A stretch of 64,000 nucleotides of DNA. Source: an uncultured Candidatus Rokubacteria bacterium. Lineage in GTDB: Bacteria; Methylomirabilota; Methylomirabilia; Rokubacteriales; CSP1-6. Shown piece after piece: positions 50,757 to 60,210 of this stretch. The first letter of the stretch is position 1. Each line of letters begins with the position of its first letter. Under the pieces are notes generated by a model. The model had not been told where the DNA came from, did not search any database, and saw only the letters and a program-made list of their open reading frames with translations. A program made the position numbers and the translations under genes. The DNA lies in assembly GCA_963789955.1 (NCBI GenBank), contig CAWBMV010000021.1, forward strand, positions 42,876 through 106,875, read 5' to 3'.

Positions 50757-51815
50757 CTACTTGATGAGATCCCGGATCACGAAGTAGCTGGTGGCCCCCT
50801 GAAGCGGAATCGTCAGGAATTCGAGCGTGGGGCGGAGCTGCCCGAGGAACGCGTTCCAGTCGCCGATCTTGCTCCGCGGAATCACGATCAGATCGTTCGT
50901 CTGGAGCACGATGTCTTGGCTCCGGTCGGGCGCGTCGGTGAAACTCGTCGCGTAGACATCGACGATCTGCGGGCTGTGCAAATCCCCTCGGACCACTCGG
51001 ACACTGTCCAGCACCGCGGTGGGGGTAGGTCCGCCGGCCATGGCCAGGACCTGAGAGAGCCGGATATTCGGCGTGAAGGGATAGACTCCCGGGCTCTTCA
51101 CTTCGCCGATGACATACACCTTACGTTGTTCGTCCGGCGTTCTGGTCGGAACGAACACCACGTCGCCCGCGTCGAGGATCAGCTCCCGAAACCGCTGGCC
51201 CTCGGAGACGATGCGGAGCAGATCGACCGTGTAGGAATCACCCCCGCGCCGCAGCAGCCGGATCGCGCGCGGGTCGGCGTTCGACGTCAGCCCTCCGGCT
51301 TGCGCGAGGAGATCGACGAGATTCGTCTTGCCTTTCAGCGGGAACACGCCGAGCTTCGGAACCTCGCCAAGGACGGAGACCGTCTTGCTTGCGTACTCCT
51401 TGATCATCACCTCGACGGTGAGCTGCCGGTAGGTGGGCGCCAGCACCCGGCGGATCTCCTGTTCCGCCTGATCGGTCGTGAGCCCGTCGACGGCGGCCTC
51501 GAAGAAGCCAACGCTCACCTTCCCGTTGGGCTTCACCACCGCCGACATCCGGTCCAGGGCGAGCTCTCGAGCCAGCACGATGTCGAGAACATCGCCGGAC
51601 CCGATGCGGTATCGAGCCGCGCCATCGATCGTGACAAACGTTTGATTCCCCTCGACGGGCAGAGGGAGGACCAGGGGGGCGAGGGCTTCCGCCGGCGCCG
51701 CAGGAGGATTCGCCGCCGAGATGACCGTGGGGACGTGCATCGGAAAATATTCGGATGCGCATCCGGCCGCGCCGAGTAACACCAACAACAGCCAGAGTCG
51801 GGGCAAGCGCCTCAC
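50757..51815 (-). CDS. Wza-like polysaccharide export lipoprotein with SLBB domains
   Basis: AAGC lipobox; YRIGSGDVL; VLGEV..GVF; VIGEVKSPGVY. Confidence 0.88.
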   Translation of the reverse strand: MRRLPRLWLLLVLLGAAGCASEYFPMHVPTVISAANPPAAPAEALAPLVLPLPVEGNQTFVTIDGAARYRIGSGDVLDIVLARELALDRMSAVVKPNGKVSVGFFEAAVDGLTTDQAEQEIRRVLAPTYRQLTVEVMIKEYASKTVSVLGEVPKLGVFPLKGKTNLVDLLAQAGGLTSNADPRAIRLLRRGGDSYTVDLLRIVSEGQRFRELILDAGDVVFVPTRTPDEQRKVYVIGEVKSPGVYPFTPNIRLSQVLAMAGGPTPTAVLDSVRVVRGDLHSPQIVDVYATSFTDAPDRSQDIVLQTNDLIVIPRSKIGDWNAFLGQLRPTLEFLTIPLQGATSYFVIRDLIK

Positions 51816-52843
51816 AGAGCACCCATCTCGGCTTCCCGATTCAGCATCGCCTCCGTGACGAATCCTTGAATGTGGAGAAAGGGGTGTTGGCTGAGATCGA
51901 TCGCGTTCGGCTCCGTCACACGCTTGTGCTGGCGGACGAGAACGGTCAAGATCGGGCGAAGCGGAAAGCCGTCCTTCTTTGCCGCCACTCGGCAGATCTC
52001 GCCGGTGTTGAGACGCACGAGCGAGCCCACCGGAAGGGTCGCCAGGATACGAATCAGGGCTTTGAGGACCTGGTGGGGATAGGTGCCTCGCTCGCGCTTG
52101 AGAACTTCTTTGATGATCTCGGCATGCCCGACGCCCGAGCGGACCGGCCGGCGGCGCACGAGCCCCTCGATGATCCCGGCGAGCCCGACGATGTGGGCGG
52201 GCTCGCGGCTGTCCGTGTCCTCGACGTCGGCCGTGGCGCCGGCTCCGTTCGGGTGCTCCCGGAGCTGGGCGAGCACCGCCGCCGCACCCGGGTACCGGAC
52301 CTTCAAACCTTGAACAACCTGCATATCCTCCCCCGAGGCTCGAGCGACTCCGGCCTGATGGAGCAAGGCCGCCACGCCGAGCTCGAGCAGCGCATCGTGC
52401 GTATAGCTGAGCTGCGTCCCGATCTTCATCGCGAGCACGCAGCCATTCACGGCCGTTTCAGCCGCGTCGCCGGAGCCTCCGCCCGGGTTGAAGAACGGCA
52501 GCAGCAAGATGTCGCTGGTCTGGACACTCTCGAGGAGAGCCTTCAGCGGCGCCTCGAGCCCGGTGGCGGAAAACGACGTCCGAGCTCGAAGCGAGCGAAG
52601 CACCTTGTCGGTGATCGCCACGGCCCGATGAAACGCGTCATTGGAGCGCCGAAGATCTTGGGAGGGTTCGGCACCAATCGCAGGCGCGGCGCCGAAGCCG
52701 GCCGATTCGTCCGGGGCATCGCTCCAGCTTGCGTCGCCGGAGCGCGCGGGTTCAACCGCTCTCGGGATGTCCGCTGTCCGACCTCGCACGAGGTCGGCCA
52801 TCGTCATCCGGTTTCTCCCCGACGCCTTCCTGGAGCTCGTCAT
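51812..52843 (-). CDS. Degenerate HD-GYP-like protein
   Basis: LGVAALLHQAG (HD replaced by HQ), no GYP, and the typical C-terminal PVGSLVRLNTGE..PLRP domain. Confidence 0.65.
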   Translation of the reverse strand: MTSSRKASGRNRMTMADLVRGRTADIPRAVEPARSGDASWSDAPDESAGFGAAPAIGAEPSQDLRRSNDAFHRAVAITDKVLRSLRARTSFSATGLEAPLKALLESVQTSDILLLPFFNPGGGSGDAAETAVNGCVLAMKIGTQLSYTHDALLELGVAALLHQAGVARASGEDMQVVQGLKVRYPGAAAVLAQLREHPNGAGATADVEDTDSREPAHIVGLAGIIEGLVRRRPVRSGVGHAEIIKEVLKRERGTYPHQVLKALIRILATLPVGSLVRLNTGEICRVAAKKDGFPLRPILTVLVRQHKRVTEPNAIDLSQHPFLHIQGFVTEAMLNREAEMGAL

Positions 52844-52845
52844 GC

Positions 52846-53667
52846 TCAGGTGAGGGCGGCCGCCGCCATGACGAGAGGCACGTCGACCTCACGGACTTTT
52901 CGTCTCTGGCCTTCGTACAGGCAGATGTCGCTGAGCTTGTTGACGTTCCGCAGAATTCCGCCGGTCTCCTTGTAGATCGCCCGCACCGCGTCTTCGGTGA
53001 AGATGGGCCTCGTCGCCCCGGCCCGCTCGAGGCGGAAGTCGATGTATTGAGCGGTCTCGCTCTCGTCCAGAGCCTCGAGACTCAGGCGTAGCGCCATCCG
53101 CTGACGGAGGGCATCCAATCCATCGAGCGTGGCCCGGAGAATCGGCAATCCGATGAGCACGAGCGAAAGCAACTGGCGGTCGTTGGTCTGGAGATTCAAG
53201 AGCATCTGTAAATCCTCGAAGACCGCCTCGTGCCGGATGAGGTGAGCGTCGTCGACGATGAGCACCGTGGTCCGACCTTCGCCTGCGTTCGCGAGCAGGT
53301 GGTCGCGCAGCGAACGAAAGAGCGCCAGCCGCTCGGAGCTGCGCGGGGACAGCGCCAGCTGCGTCGCGACCTCGTAGAGGAACTCGTCCGGTGGGAGGGC
53401 CGGATTGATCACAAGCCCGACGTCGTACGTTTGCGTATCGAGGCTCAGCAGAAAGACGCGACTCAAGGTGCTCTTCCCGCTTCCCTCTGCTCCCGTGATG
53501 ACGACACTCCCGTGACCGCTCTCGACCGTGTAGACGAGTCTCTCGAGCGCCTCTTGATGGGTTGGCAACGGACAGAACACGCTCGGATCGGGAACATTGC
53601 GAAACGGCGGCTGGCGCAGCGCCCAGTAGGGCTCGTACACGGGCCTAGGACCTGGGACTCTGGACAC
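52846..53667 (-). CDS. ExeA/GspA-family AAA ATPase
   Basis: YWALRQPPFRNVPDP, GAEGSGKST, LIVDDAH, LVLIGLP, GGILRNVN. Confidence 0.88.
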   Translation of the reverse strand: MSRVPGPRPVYEPYWALRQPPFRNVPDPSVFCPLPTHQEALERLVYTVESGHGSVVITGAEGSGKSTLSRVFLLSLDTQTYDVGLVINPALPPDEFLYEVATQLALSPRSSERLALFRSLRDHLLANAGEGRTTVLIVDDAHLIRHEAVFEDLQMLLNLQTNDRQLLSLVLIGLPILRATLDGLDALRQRMALRLSLEALDESETAQYIDFRLERAGATRPIFTEDAVRAIYKETGGILRNVNKLSDICLYEGQRRKVREVDVPLVMAAAALT

Positions 53668-53863
53668 TACCGCGGAGATTTCGCGCGGTCGACCCGTCCG
53701 GGACGCTGTCGGCGACGAGATCCAGGATGCGTCGTCTGCTGAAGCGCCATCGGCGCCCGATCTTGTTCCCGGGAATGACCCCCTGCTCGGCGAGTCGGTA
53801 GACGGTCTTCACGTGGACCTGAAGGAGGGTGGCCACCTGAGCTGGAGTGATTATTTCCTGCAA
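53645..53863 (-). CDS. Excisionase-like helix-turn-helix DNA-binding protein
   Basis: ITPAQVATLLQVHVKTVYRLAEQGVIPGNKIGRRWRF. Confidence 0.82.
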   Translation of the reverse strand: MQEIITPAQVATLLQVHVKTVYRLAEQGVIPGNKIGRRWRFSRRRILDLVADSVPDGSTARNLRGSVQSPRS

Positions 53864-53920
53864 CGGCCTCCGATTCCTTTCAGTGCTCTCGATCTCCTTC
53901 GTGTTCCCTATTGCTCCCCA

Positions 53921-53936
53921 AGCAGGAGCTATGCCA
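53921..53936 (-). promoter_or_regulatory. Putative sigma54 (-24/-12) promoter
   Basis: Minus strand TGGCATAGCTCCTGCT = GG-N10-GC, close to consensus TGGCAC-N5-TTGC, about 60 nt upstream of the HTH gene. Confidence 0.65.
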
Positions 53937-54105
53937 GAGGGTGGCGTCAGCGAAGAAAGCTGGTTCTCCGACGGTTTCCGCTGGAGGGTCGAGCGAGAGC
54001 CTGCAAAGGGTGCGACAAAGTGCTACCGCGGCGAGACTGGACTGACAGTTTTGGGCCGCTCTCAGCGACGGCGAAACGAAAAAAACGAAAGTCGAGCACT
54101 CGACA

Positions 54106-54135
54106 CGGGCTCGCCGACGCAACTCGGCGAGCCCG
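54106..54135. terminator. Perfect 12-bp hairpin, terminator-like
   Basis: CGGGCTCGCCGA-cgcaac-TCGGCGAGCCCG; on the minus strand it is followed by a short GTCGAG/CTCGAC palindrome and a T-rich run. Confidence 0.55.
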
Positions 54136-54149
54136 CCCGAACCGCCTGC

Positions 54150-54394
54150 TCAGGACGGAAGGATAACCGCCTTGCCCGTCGTCTGCGTGTCGAAGAGCTT
54201 ATGGGCCGTGCGTCAGCTGGCGGATCGCCGCCACCACGTCGCCTGCCTTGGGGTCGATTACCTCGTGCGCGCCGAACGCCTGGGCGAGCTTGCGCCGCTC
54301 GGGCGCGACGTCGATGGCGACGACACGCGCGCCCCTGACGACGGGGAAACTGGGTCGCTGACAGACCGACCGGGCCCTAGCCGGCGACGACGGC
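54150..54394 (-). pseudogene. Decayed copy of the 3' half of the Zn-dehydrogenase gene at 61162-62214
   Basis: Long identical stretches, e.g. ccgccttgcccgtcgtctgcgtgtcgaagagctt and cgcgccgaacgcctgggcgagcttgcgccg; internal deletion; CAG>TAG stop. Confidence 0.85.
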
Positions 54395-55967
54395 TTAGCG
54401 CTGATCCTTCAGCAACCAGTCGATCGCGGCACTACCGTCGCCCGCGTCCGGTCTGGTCCGTTCGGCTTGTGCCGGCTGCTCGGTCGGGACTCGGCGCTCG
54501 ACGGAACTCACGGATTCAGCGGCGGCCCCCGATTCGATGGCGGGGCGCGGACGGCTGCCGACCGCGACCGGCGCGACCGGCTGTGGCCGCGCCACGGCGG
54601 GCGCGGGGAATGGCCTGCCGGCTCCCAGAGCAGGGCGTTCCAGGGTCGATTTGTCCGTGAGGGAGCGAGACTCCGGACGCCCCGACGTCGGTTCGCGAGT
54701 GGCCCACGCCGGCACCTCCGCCGGCGGATTCCCGTCGCGCTCGCGCCGTGACCGGACGAGCGCCGGCGCGGAGAGCGGCCTGCCGACCTCTGGAGCGAGC
54801 CGTTGGGTCGATTTCTCCGTGATCGAGCGCGGCTCCCGGAGCGTCGACGTCGGTTCGCGAGTGGCCCATGCCGGCGGTGAAGACTCGGCCGGCGGATTGG
54901 CGTCACCCTCGACCGGAACGGCTGTCACAGCGGGTGGCGTGACGCGGCTCTGGAACTGCGAGACGATTCGATCGAACCCCGCGACCCAGACGACCGCGGC
55001 GACGATGCCCGCGGTGACGATCCGCCGCCGTCATACGAAGCGTGAACACCGGCTGACGCTGGCGGACTCGTCGACGCGGATTCCCGCGCGCCTTTACCGA
55101 GCGGGGGCGAGACTCCGGTTCGGTGAGGACCGCCATCGCGCCCCAGATGTCGTTCAGCATCACGCTGACGTCTGGATAGCGATGCACCGGTCGCGCTTCG
55201 AGCGCGGTCGTGATGATCCGCTGGATCGGCGGCGACAGCGGCGGTGCCGCGGCGAACGGGCTGCCGGTCGCGCTGGCCTTGCCGGCGGTCAACAGCTGCC
55301 GTAGCAGCATCCCCAGCGCGTAGACGTCGGTCGCCGCGGTCGTCTCACCGCGCTCGATCTGTTCGGGCGCGCGATAGGCGAGCGAGAACTCGTCGCGCAG
55401 GCGAAGCCCGATCGGCGTGCGATACGCGGCCGCCAGCTCGACGCCCACGAGCCGGATACGTTCGCCGTCGTTGACCATGAGCACCGATTCGGGCCCCAGC
55501 TGGCCGTGAAGAAGCCGATTGTGATGCAGCGCCTCGAGCGCCTCGCCGATACGGATCGCGACGCGCAGCGCGGTGGCCACGGCCAGCGGACCGCCCGCAT
55601 CGAGAACTTCACGGAGGGTGGCGCCCTCGGCCCACTCGAGCGCCACGAAGAACTGGCCGGCCTCGGTCACGCCGTATTCGTAGACTCGCTGCACGCCCCG
55701 CAGGGCGTGGGCCGCCGCCGCGAGTGCTCTCGCTTGATTCCGCACGGCCGCCACGAACTCCGCATCACGGGCGAACTCGTCTCGCAGCACCTTCAGCGCG
55801 ATCGATCGACCGTGATGGATGTCCTCGGCGCTGTACACGACGACTTCGCGGCTCACCGACGCGACCGCGTTGACCCGGTAACGGGACTTGATGACGGAAC
55901 CGGCGAGGCCCAGTTCCGGTGCCGACGCAGATTCGCCCGCCGCTCCGGCCGTCACGTGGCTCGTCAC
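54395..55967 (-). CDS. Membrane-anchored Ser/Thr pseudokinase with a repeat-containing C-terminus; frameshift near 55020
   Basis: IALKVL, YRAPEQ, TDVYALG retained; HRDLKPxN replaced by HGQLGPES and DFG by GVE; TM helix; ends AAIDWLLKDQR. Confidence 0.75.
54587..54900 (-). repeat. Two imperfect ~50-aa tandem repeats in the pseudokinase tail
   Basis: NPPAE..PAWATREPTS..E.RS.T.KST occurs twice; DNA cgacgtcggttcgcgagtggccca is repeated. Confidence 0.8.
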
Positions 55968-56214
55968 GATGTTCTCAGGAGGATCGGTCCGAGGCTCGCG
56001 ATACAGAATCTCCCGCTCATACGTCCTCTCGCCGCTCGAGGGTCAGCCGTTGGAGGGCATCATCAAACCATCGCGCGCCGTCGGCGTCAAGAACGTATTG
56101 CGGAGGAGAGAAAACACTTGCCGAAGCGGCGACGATGCCCTAAATCTAAGCCACTCAGAACACTCGAACCCGACTGTGCGCACCGAAGAGACGCTGACCG
56201 CAGGAGTTCCCGAG

Positions 56215-57693
56215 ATGCAGAAGCTCGTTGAAATGGCGCGCCGCACCCTCGATATCGACCAGAAGGCGGCCGAAGCGGCCCGTCGTGACAATCCCAAGAC
56301 CTTGAGCGCCTCGCTCGACGTCACCGAATCGGAGATTTGCTCGCACTTCGTCGCGCTGGCGCGACAGCGCCGGGAAAGCTGCGAAGAGAGCCTGGCCCGG
56401 CTGCAGCTCGATCGCAAGGCGACGGCGGCGAAGATCGACCTCGAGCAAACGCGGGATTCCTTCGCGCGGCTGCTGTCCCCCGTCGAGCCGAGTCTCGAAA
56501 AGCTCAAGTCAGACCACGCGACCGCCCTGTATCAAGCCAAGGAGAACGAGGCGCGCGCGCTCAAACATCTGCGCTGGTTCCAGCAGAAGCACGGCCTGCA
56601 CTACCGGGCCGCGTCGTATCCACAATCGCAGTTCTACCACTTCGCGATCGTGGCCGCCCTGGCCCTCGTCGAATGGGTTTCGCTGGCGGCGTTCTACGCC
56701 GAAGGCAGCGACTTCGGTCTGTTGGGCGGCGTCCTGATCGCCATGACGCTCTCCATCGTCAACGTCAGTCTCGCGATTCTCTCGGGGAGCCTTCTGCGGT
56801 ACGTCAATCACCGAAGCCCGCGCCGGAAGGGTCTCGCGTTGACCGGCGTTGCCGTGCTCTACACGTGCTTTCTCCTGGTGACGCTCGCGGCCGCCCACTA
56901 CCGCGTGGCCACCAACGACGTCGCGCAGTCCCAGCCGGGGATGTCGACGCCGAGCGCGACGTCGTTGCCGCCGCCTCAGGTCGCCCAGGACCTGGATCAA
57001 TGGCGAGCGGCCAGACTGGCGTGGCAGCGCTTCGCCAGGAACCCCGTCGGCTTCGACGACGTCTTTTCCTGGATCCTGGTCGTGCTCGCGGTCATCTTCG
57101 GGATCTTCGCCTCGTACAAGGGGTACCGGCTCGACGACGCCTACCCAGGCTATGGCGAGCTCGATCGAGAGCTCAACGCGAGGCGGACGAGCTCCGAGGC
57201 GGCCAAGGTCGACTACTGCCGCCGGGTGGACCAGGTCTTCGATCGCATCCTCCAGGAGCAGGGTCGCCTGCTCTCGGATGTGAGATCGAACATCGAATAC
57301 TATCAGCAGCTGATCAGCCGGAGCGTCGACGAGCGTCGAACGTTCGTGCACGACGCGGCCGAAATCCAGGACGCGTGCAACATCGTCCTGAAGCGCTACC
57401 GGCAGACGAACGCCCGCGTGCGCCAGTCGCCGGCGCCGTTCTATTTCAACAACAGCTTCACGTTCGACGGCCGCCTCGTCGGGCCGCCCGAGGCCATCTC
57501 GGAAAACGAGGAACGACTGTCGCAATCCTACGAGAGCGCCATCAAGGACTTCAGCGATATCGCCCGGCAGAACGACGCGACGGTCCAGAATCTGCGTACC
57601 GCCGAGATCCGGCGCCGCGACTACTATTTCAACAAGCTCGAGCGCGACATCCGGGAAAAGCTCATTCGCGAGGCCTGGGAAGTCAAGAGCTGA
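56215..57693 (+). CDS. Hypothetical membrane protein with about four TM segments flanked by coiled coils
   Basis: AGGAG RBS before ATG 56215; hydrophobic segments; GYRLDDAYPGYG after the last TM. Confidence 0.75.
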   Translation: MQKLVEMARRTLDIDQKAAEAARRDNPKTLSASLDVTESEICSHFVALARQRRESCEESLARLQLDRKATAAKIDLEQTRDSFARLLSPVEPSLEKLKSDHATALYQAKENEARALKHLRWFQQKHGLHYRAASYPQSQFYHFAIVAALALVEWVSLAAFYAEGSDFGLLGGVLIAMTLSIVNVSLAILSGSLLRYVNHRSPRRKGLALTGVAVLYTCFLLVTLAAAHYRVATNDVAQSQPGMSTPSATSLPPPQVAQDLDQWRAARLAWQRFARNPVGFDDVFSWILVVLAVIFGIFASYKGYRLDDAYPGYGELDRELNARRTSSEAAKVDYCRRVDQVFDRILQEQGRLLSDVRSNIEYYQQLISRSVDERRTFVHDAAEIQDACNIVLKRYRQTNARVRQSPAPFYFNNSFTFDGRLVGPPEAISENEERLSQSYESAIKDFSDIARQNDATVQNLRTAEIRRRDYYFNKLERDIREKLIREAWEVKS

Positions 57694-57697
57694 CGCC

Positions 57698-58516
57698 GTG
57701 CCGTTGAGCCACCTGGATCGGCGGGGCATCTGGATTCTGAGCGGCATCGGCGCCTTCGCGGTCGTGTTGCTGGCCACCGTGGTCGGTGTCACCTGGACCC
57801 GCCCCATCATCGGGGCCGACAACTGTGTCTACCGGGACAAGCGATTCCTCAGTCGAGCGCCCGCCGATCAAACCGTGATCCTGGTCGACCAGTCGGAGGC
57901 CTTGACGGACACTCACCGGCGATTCGCCCTGACTTTCATCAAGGACTACGTCGCCGACGACTCGAAGTTCAGCGTGCGCTCGCGCATCGCGTTGTTCACC
58001 TTCAGCAAAGCGACATTCGAATCTCCGAACGGCCCGCGGCTGAGTCCGAGCTCCGACTTGTGCCGGCCGCCGTCACATGGCAACGACCTGTACGAAAACA
58101 GCCGGAAGATCACGAAGGACTTCTACCAGCGATTCCTGATCCCGGTCACCGCCGCGCTCGACGAAAGCCTGACGACCGAGGTCGGCGAGCAATCGCCCAT
58201 TCTCGAGACGCTGCAGCTCATCTCGCGGTCGCAGGAAATCGGCGACGGCGGGAAAAAGACCCTCATCGTCGTCTCGGACATGCTCCAGCACACCGCGGCG
58301 TTCAATCAGTACGGGCCTCGCCGCAGCTACGAGGACTTTCTGCGATCGGGATTCGCCACCGATGTGAAGGCAGATTTCCGCGACTGGAACGTCATCGTGA
58401 TCTATCTCCGGCGCTATCGGGATCGCCAGCTGCAGCAGGCCGCACACATCGACTTCTGGCAGCGATATTTCCACGAAGCGGGCGCCAAGATCACTCGCTG
58501 GGCCGGAGTCGACTGA
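57698..58516 (+). CDS. Membrane-anchored vWA-like protein
   Basis: N-terminal TM; VILVDQS, SPILETL and LIVVSDMLQH MIDAS-like elements; FWQRYF C-terminus. Confidence 0.65.
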   Translation: MPLSHLDRRGIWILSGIGAFAVVLLATVVGVTWTRPIIGADNCVYRDKRFLSRAPADQTVILVDQSEALTDTHRRFALTFIKDYVADDSKFSVRSRIALFTFSKATFESPNGPRLSPSSDLCRPPSHGNDLYENSRKITKDFYQRFLIPVTAALDESLTTEVGEQSPILETLQLISRSQEIGDGGKKTLIVVSDMLQHTAAFNQYGPRRSYEDFLRSGFATDVKADFRDWNVIVIYLRRYRDRQLQQAAHIDFWQRYFHEAGAKITRWAGVD

Positions 58517-58518
58517 GC

Positions 58519-60210
58519 ATGACGCGCCTCGCCGCGAGTCTGGCTTCCACGTTCCTCGGCTTCATCGCCGCCGGGGTCGGCGTGATCGTGGCGTTCAGCT
58601 GGTGGTCCGGGGGCGCCTCGGGCGGGTCGCGGCATTGGACGATGACCGCCCTGGTCGTGGGACTCATGGTGGTCTACGGAATCGTCCTCTGGGTCAGGTC
58701 GGGGACGGCGTACGCGTCCGAGACCGATGGCGAGACGTTCTACTACCTCGGCTTCATCTACACCCTGGCGACCCTGGTCGCCACGTTTGCGCCGCTGCTC
58801 AACTCAACGGAGCGACCGGACAGCCGACAGGTGCTGGGGTTCTTCGGTCTGGGTCTCATCACGACGTTCGTCGGGCTGGCCGGGCGCATCGTCTTCGCCC
58901 AGGCCTCGTCCGGCGCGCTCGCGAGCCCCGAGAACGACGCCCGTCGACTGGGCGACGCGTATACGGAAGCGGCGCGCGCCATCGAGCGGAGCACGGTTCG
59001 AATCGTGCATGCCCAGCAGCGCGCCGAAGGACACCTGAGCGAGTCGTATTCGGGCGCAGTCGAGACGATTCGCATCCTGTCGGGCCGGGTCACGCAGCAG
59101 TTCGAAACGATGAGCGCCCAGGTGTTGAAGGACTTCGCCTCGGTCATCGAGCGCGTCAGCGCCGGCGCCGAATCGGCGTTGGGCGAGGTCCGCGATCGCG
59201 CCGTCCGGGACATCGACGTCGCGTCTCGCCAGGCGGTGAAGACTCACGAGATGGCCAAGGAGCAGGTCGAGCAGCTCACGACCGGGACGGCTGGTGCGGT
59301 GCGCACCGTGACGGAGCAAGCGGTTCAAGAGGTGGCGCGGGTGGCGCGAGAATCGTCGGCCGAGGTGACCGAGTTCTTCCGTCACACGAGCGGCCACGTC
59401 GCCGCGACCCTGCAGCAATTCGAGACGCGTCTCGGGGCATTCCGATTGCCGCCGGAGGAGCTCGGCGAGAAGCTCGTCGTGGTCTTGACGGAGCTCGCCG
59501 AACGCGCCGATCTGCTGCGGCGAGCGACGACGATCGTGGGCGCCGCATACGGCGAGCTCGAAGCGACCTTGGCCAACGCCGTGGAGGGCGCACGTGGCGG
59601 CAGCCGAGCGTTCAGCACCCTGGCCGTCTCCGCGGATGCCGCCGCCTCGGCGGTGACGTCGGCGAAGACGAACGTCGAGCAATTCGCCACGCATCTGGGC
59701 CAGCTCGGGGAGCTGGCGACGGACCTCGAAAAGCTGCCCCGGGAGGCGGCGACCATCATCGCGACCCTCGGCGACCTGCGCACGAACATCGGGGAAACCA
59801 ACCGCGCGTGGGCCGAGGTGGCCGGGACGACCGAGGGCGCGAGCAAATCGATGGCCCGAGCGGGAGCGGCGTTGTCCGCCTTCGAGCACGGGACACGCGC
59901 GGCGGAGCAGTCGGTTCTCGACTGGAGCGGCAGCTTGACGAAGGCCGGTGTCGGCCTGCAAGCGCTGACCGAGATCACGGAGCGGGCCGTGCGGCTCGGC
60001 AAGGACGCCGTCGCCGCTCAGGTCCAGCTGTCGGCACAGATATCCGGGCCACTGGCGGATCAATTGCGCAAGCACAGTGAGGCCGCCGGCGCTCTGGCCG
60101 ATCGTTTACAGGAAGATCTCCGAACGTCGGAAGAAGCGGTGAGGAAAGTCCATCATCATCTCATCGACGCATCGCGCTTCATCCTGAGCAAGGTCGAATA
60201 CCGCCGGTGA
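58519..60210 (+). CDS. MotA/TolQ/ExbB- or ZorA-like channel protein with a long helical tail
   Basis: Four N-terminal TMs including YYLGFIYTL and GLGLITTFVGL (ALxTTxxGL-like), then about 420 aa of Ala-rich helical sequence. Confidence 0.65.
   Translation: MTRLAASLASTFLGFIAAGVGVIVAFSWWSGGASGGSRHWTMTALVVGLMVVYGIVLWVRSGTAYASETDGETFYYLGFIYTLATLVATFAPLLNSTERPDSRQVLGFFGLGLITTFVGLAGRIVFAQASSGALASPENDARRLGDAYTEAARAIERSTVRIVHAQQRAEGHLSESYSGAVETIRILSGRVTQQFETMSAQVLKDFASVIERVSAGAESALGEVRDRAVRDIDVASRQAVKTHEMAKEQVEQLTTGTAGAVRTVTEQAVQEVARVARESSAEVTEFFRHTSGHVAATLQQFETRLGAFRLPPEELGEKLVVVLTELAERADLLRRATTIVGAAYGELEATLANAVEGARGGSRAFSTLAVSADAAASAVTSAKTNVEQFATHLGQLGELATDLEKLPREAATIIATLGDLRTNIGETNRAWAEVAGTTEGASKSMARAGAALSAFEHGTRAAEQSVLDWSGSLTKAGVGLQALTEITERAVRLGKDAVAAQVQLSAQISGPLADQLRKHSEAAGALADRLQEDLRTSEEAVRKVHHHLIDASRFILSKVEYRR

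Noticed and set aside
53645..53863. Excisionase marking a prophage or ICE
   Set aside because: No integrase, phage or conjugation genes; the gene heads a polysaccharide-export operon and is more likely a regulator.
53940..54140. Riboswitch or ncRNA in the hairpin-rich intergenic region
   Set aside because: Hairpins are present but I recognise no aptamer consensus; an Rfam/Infernal search would be needed.
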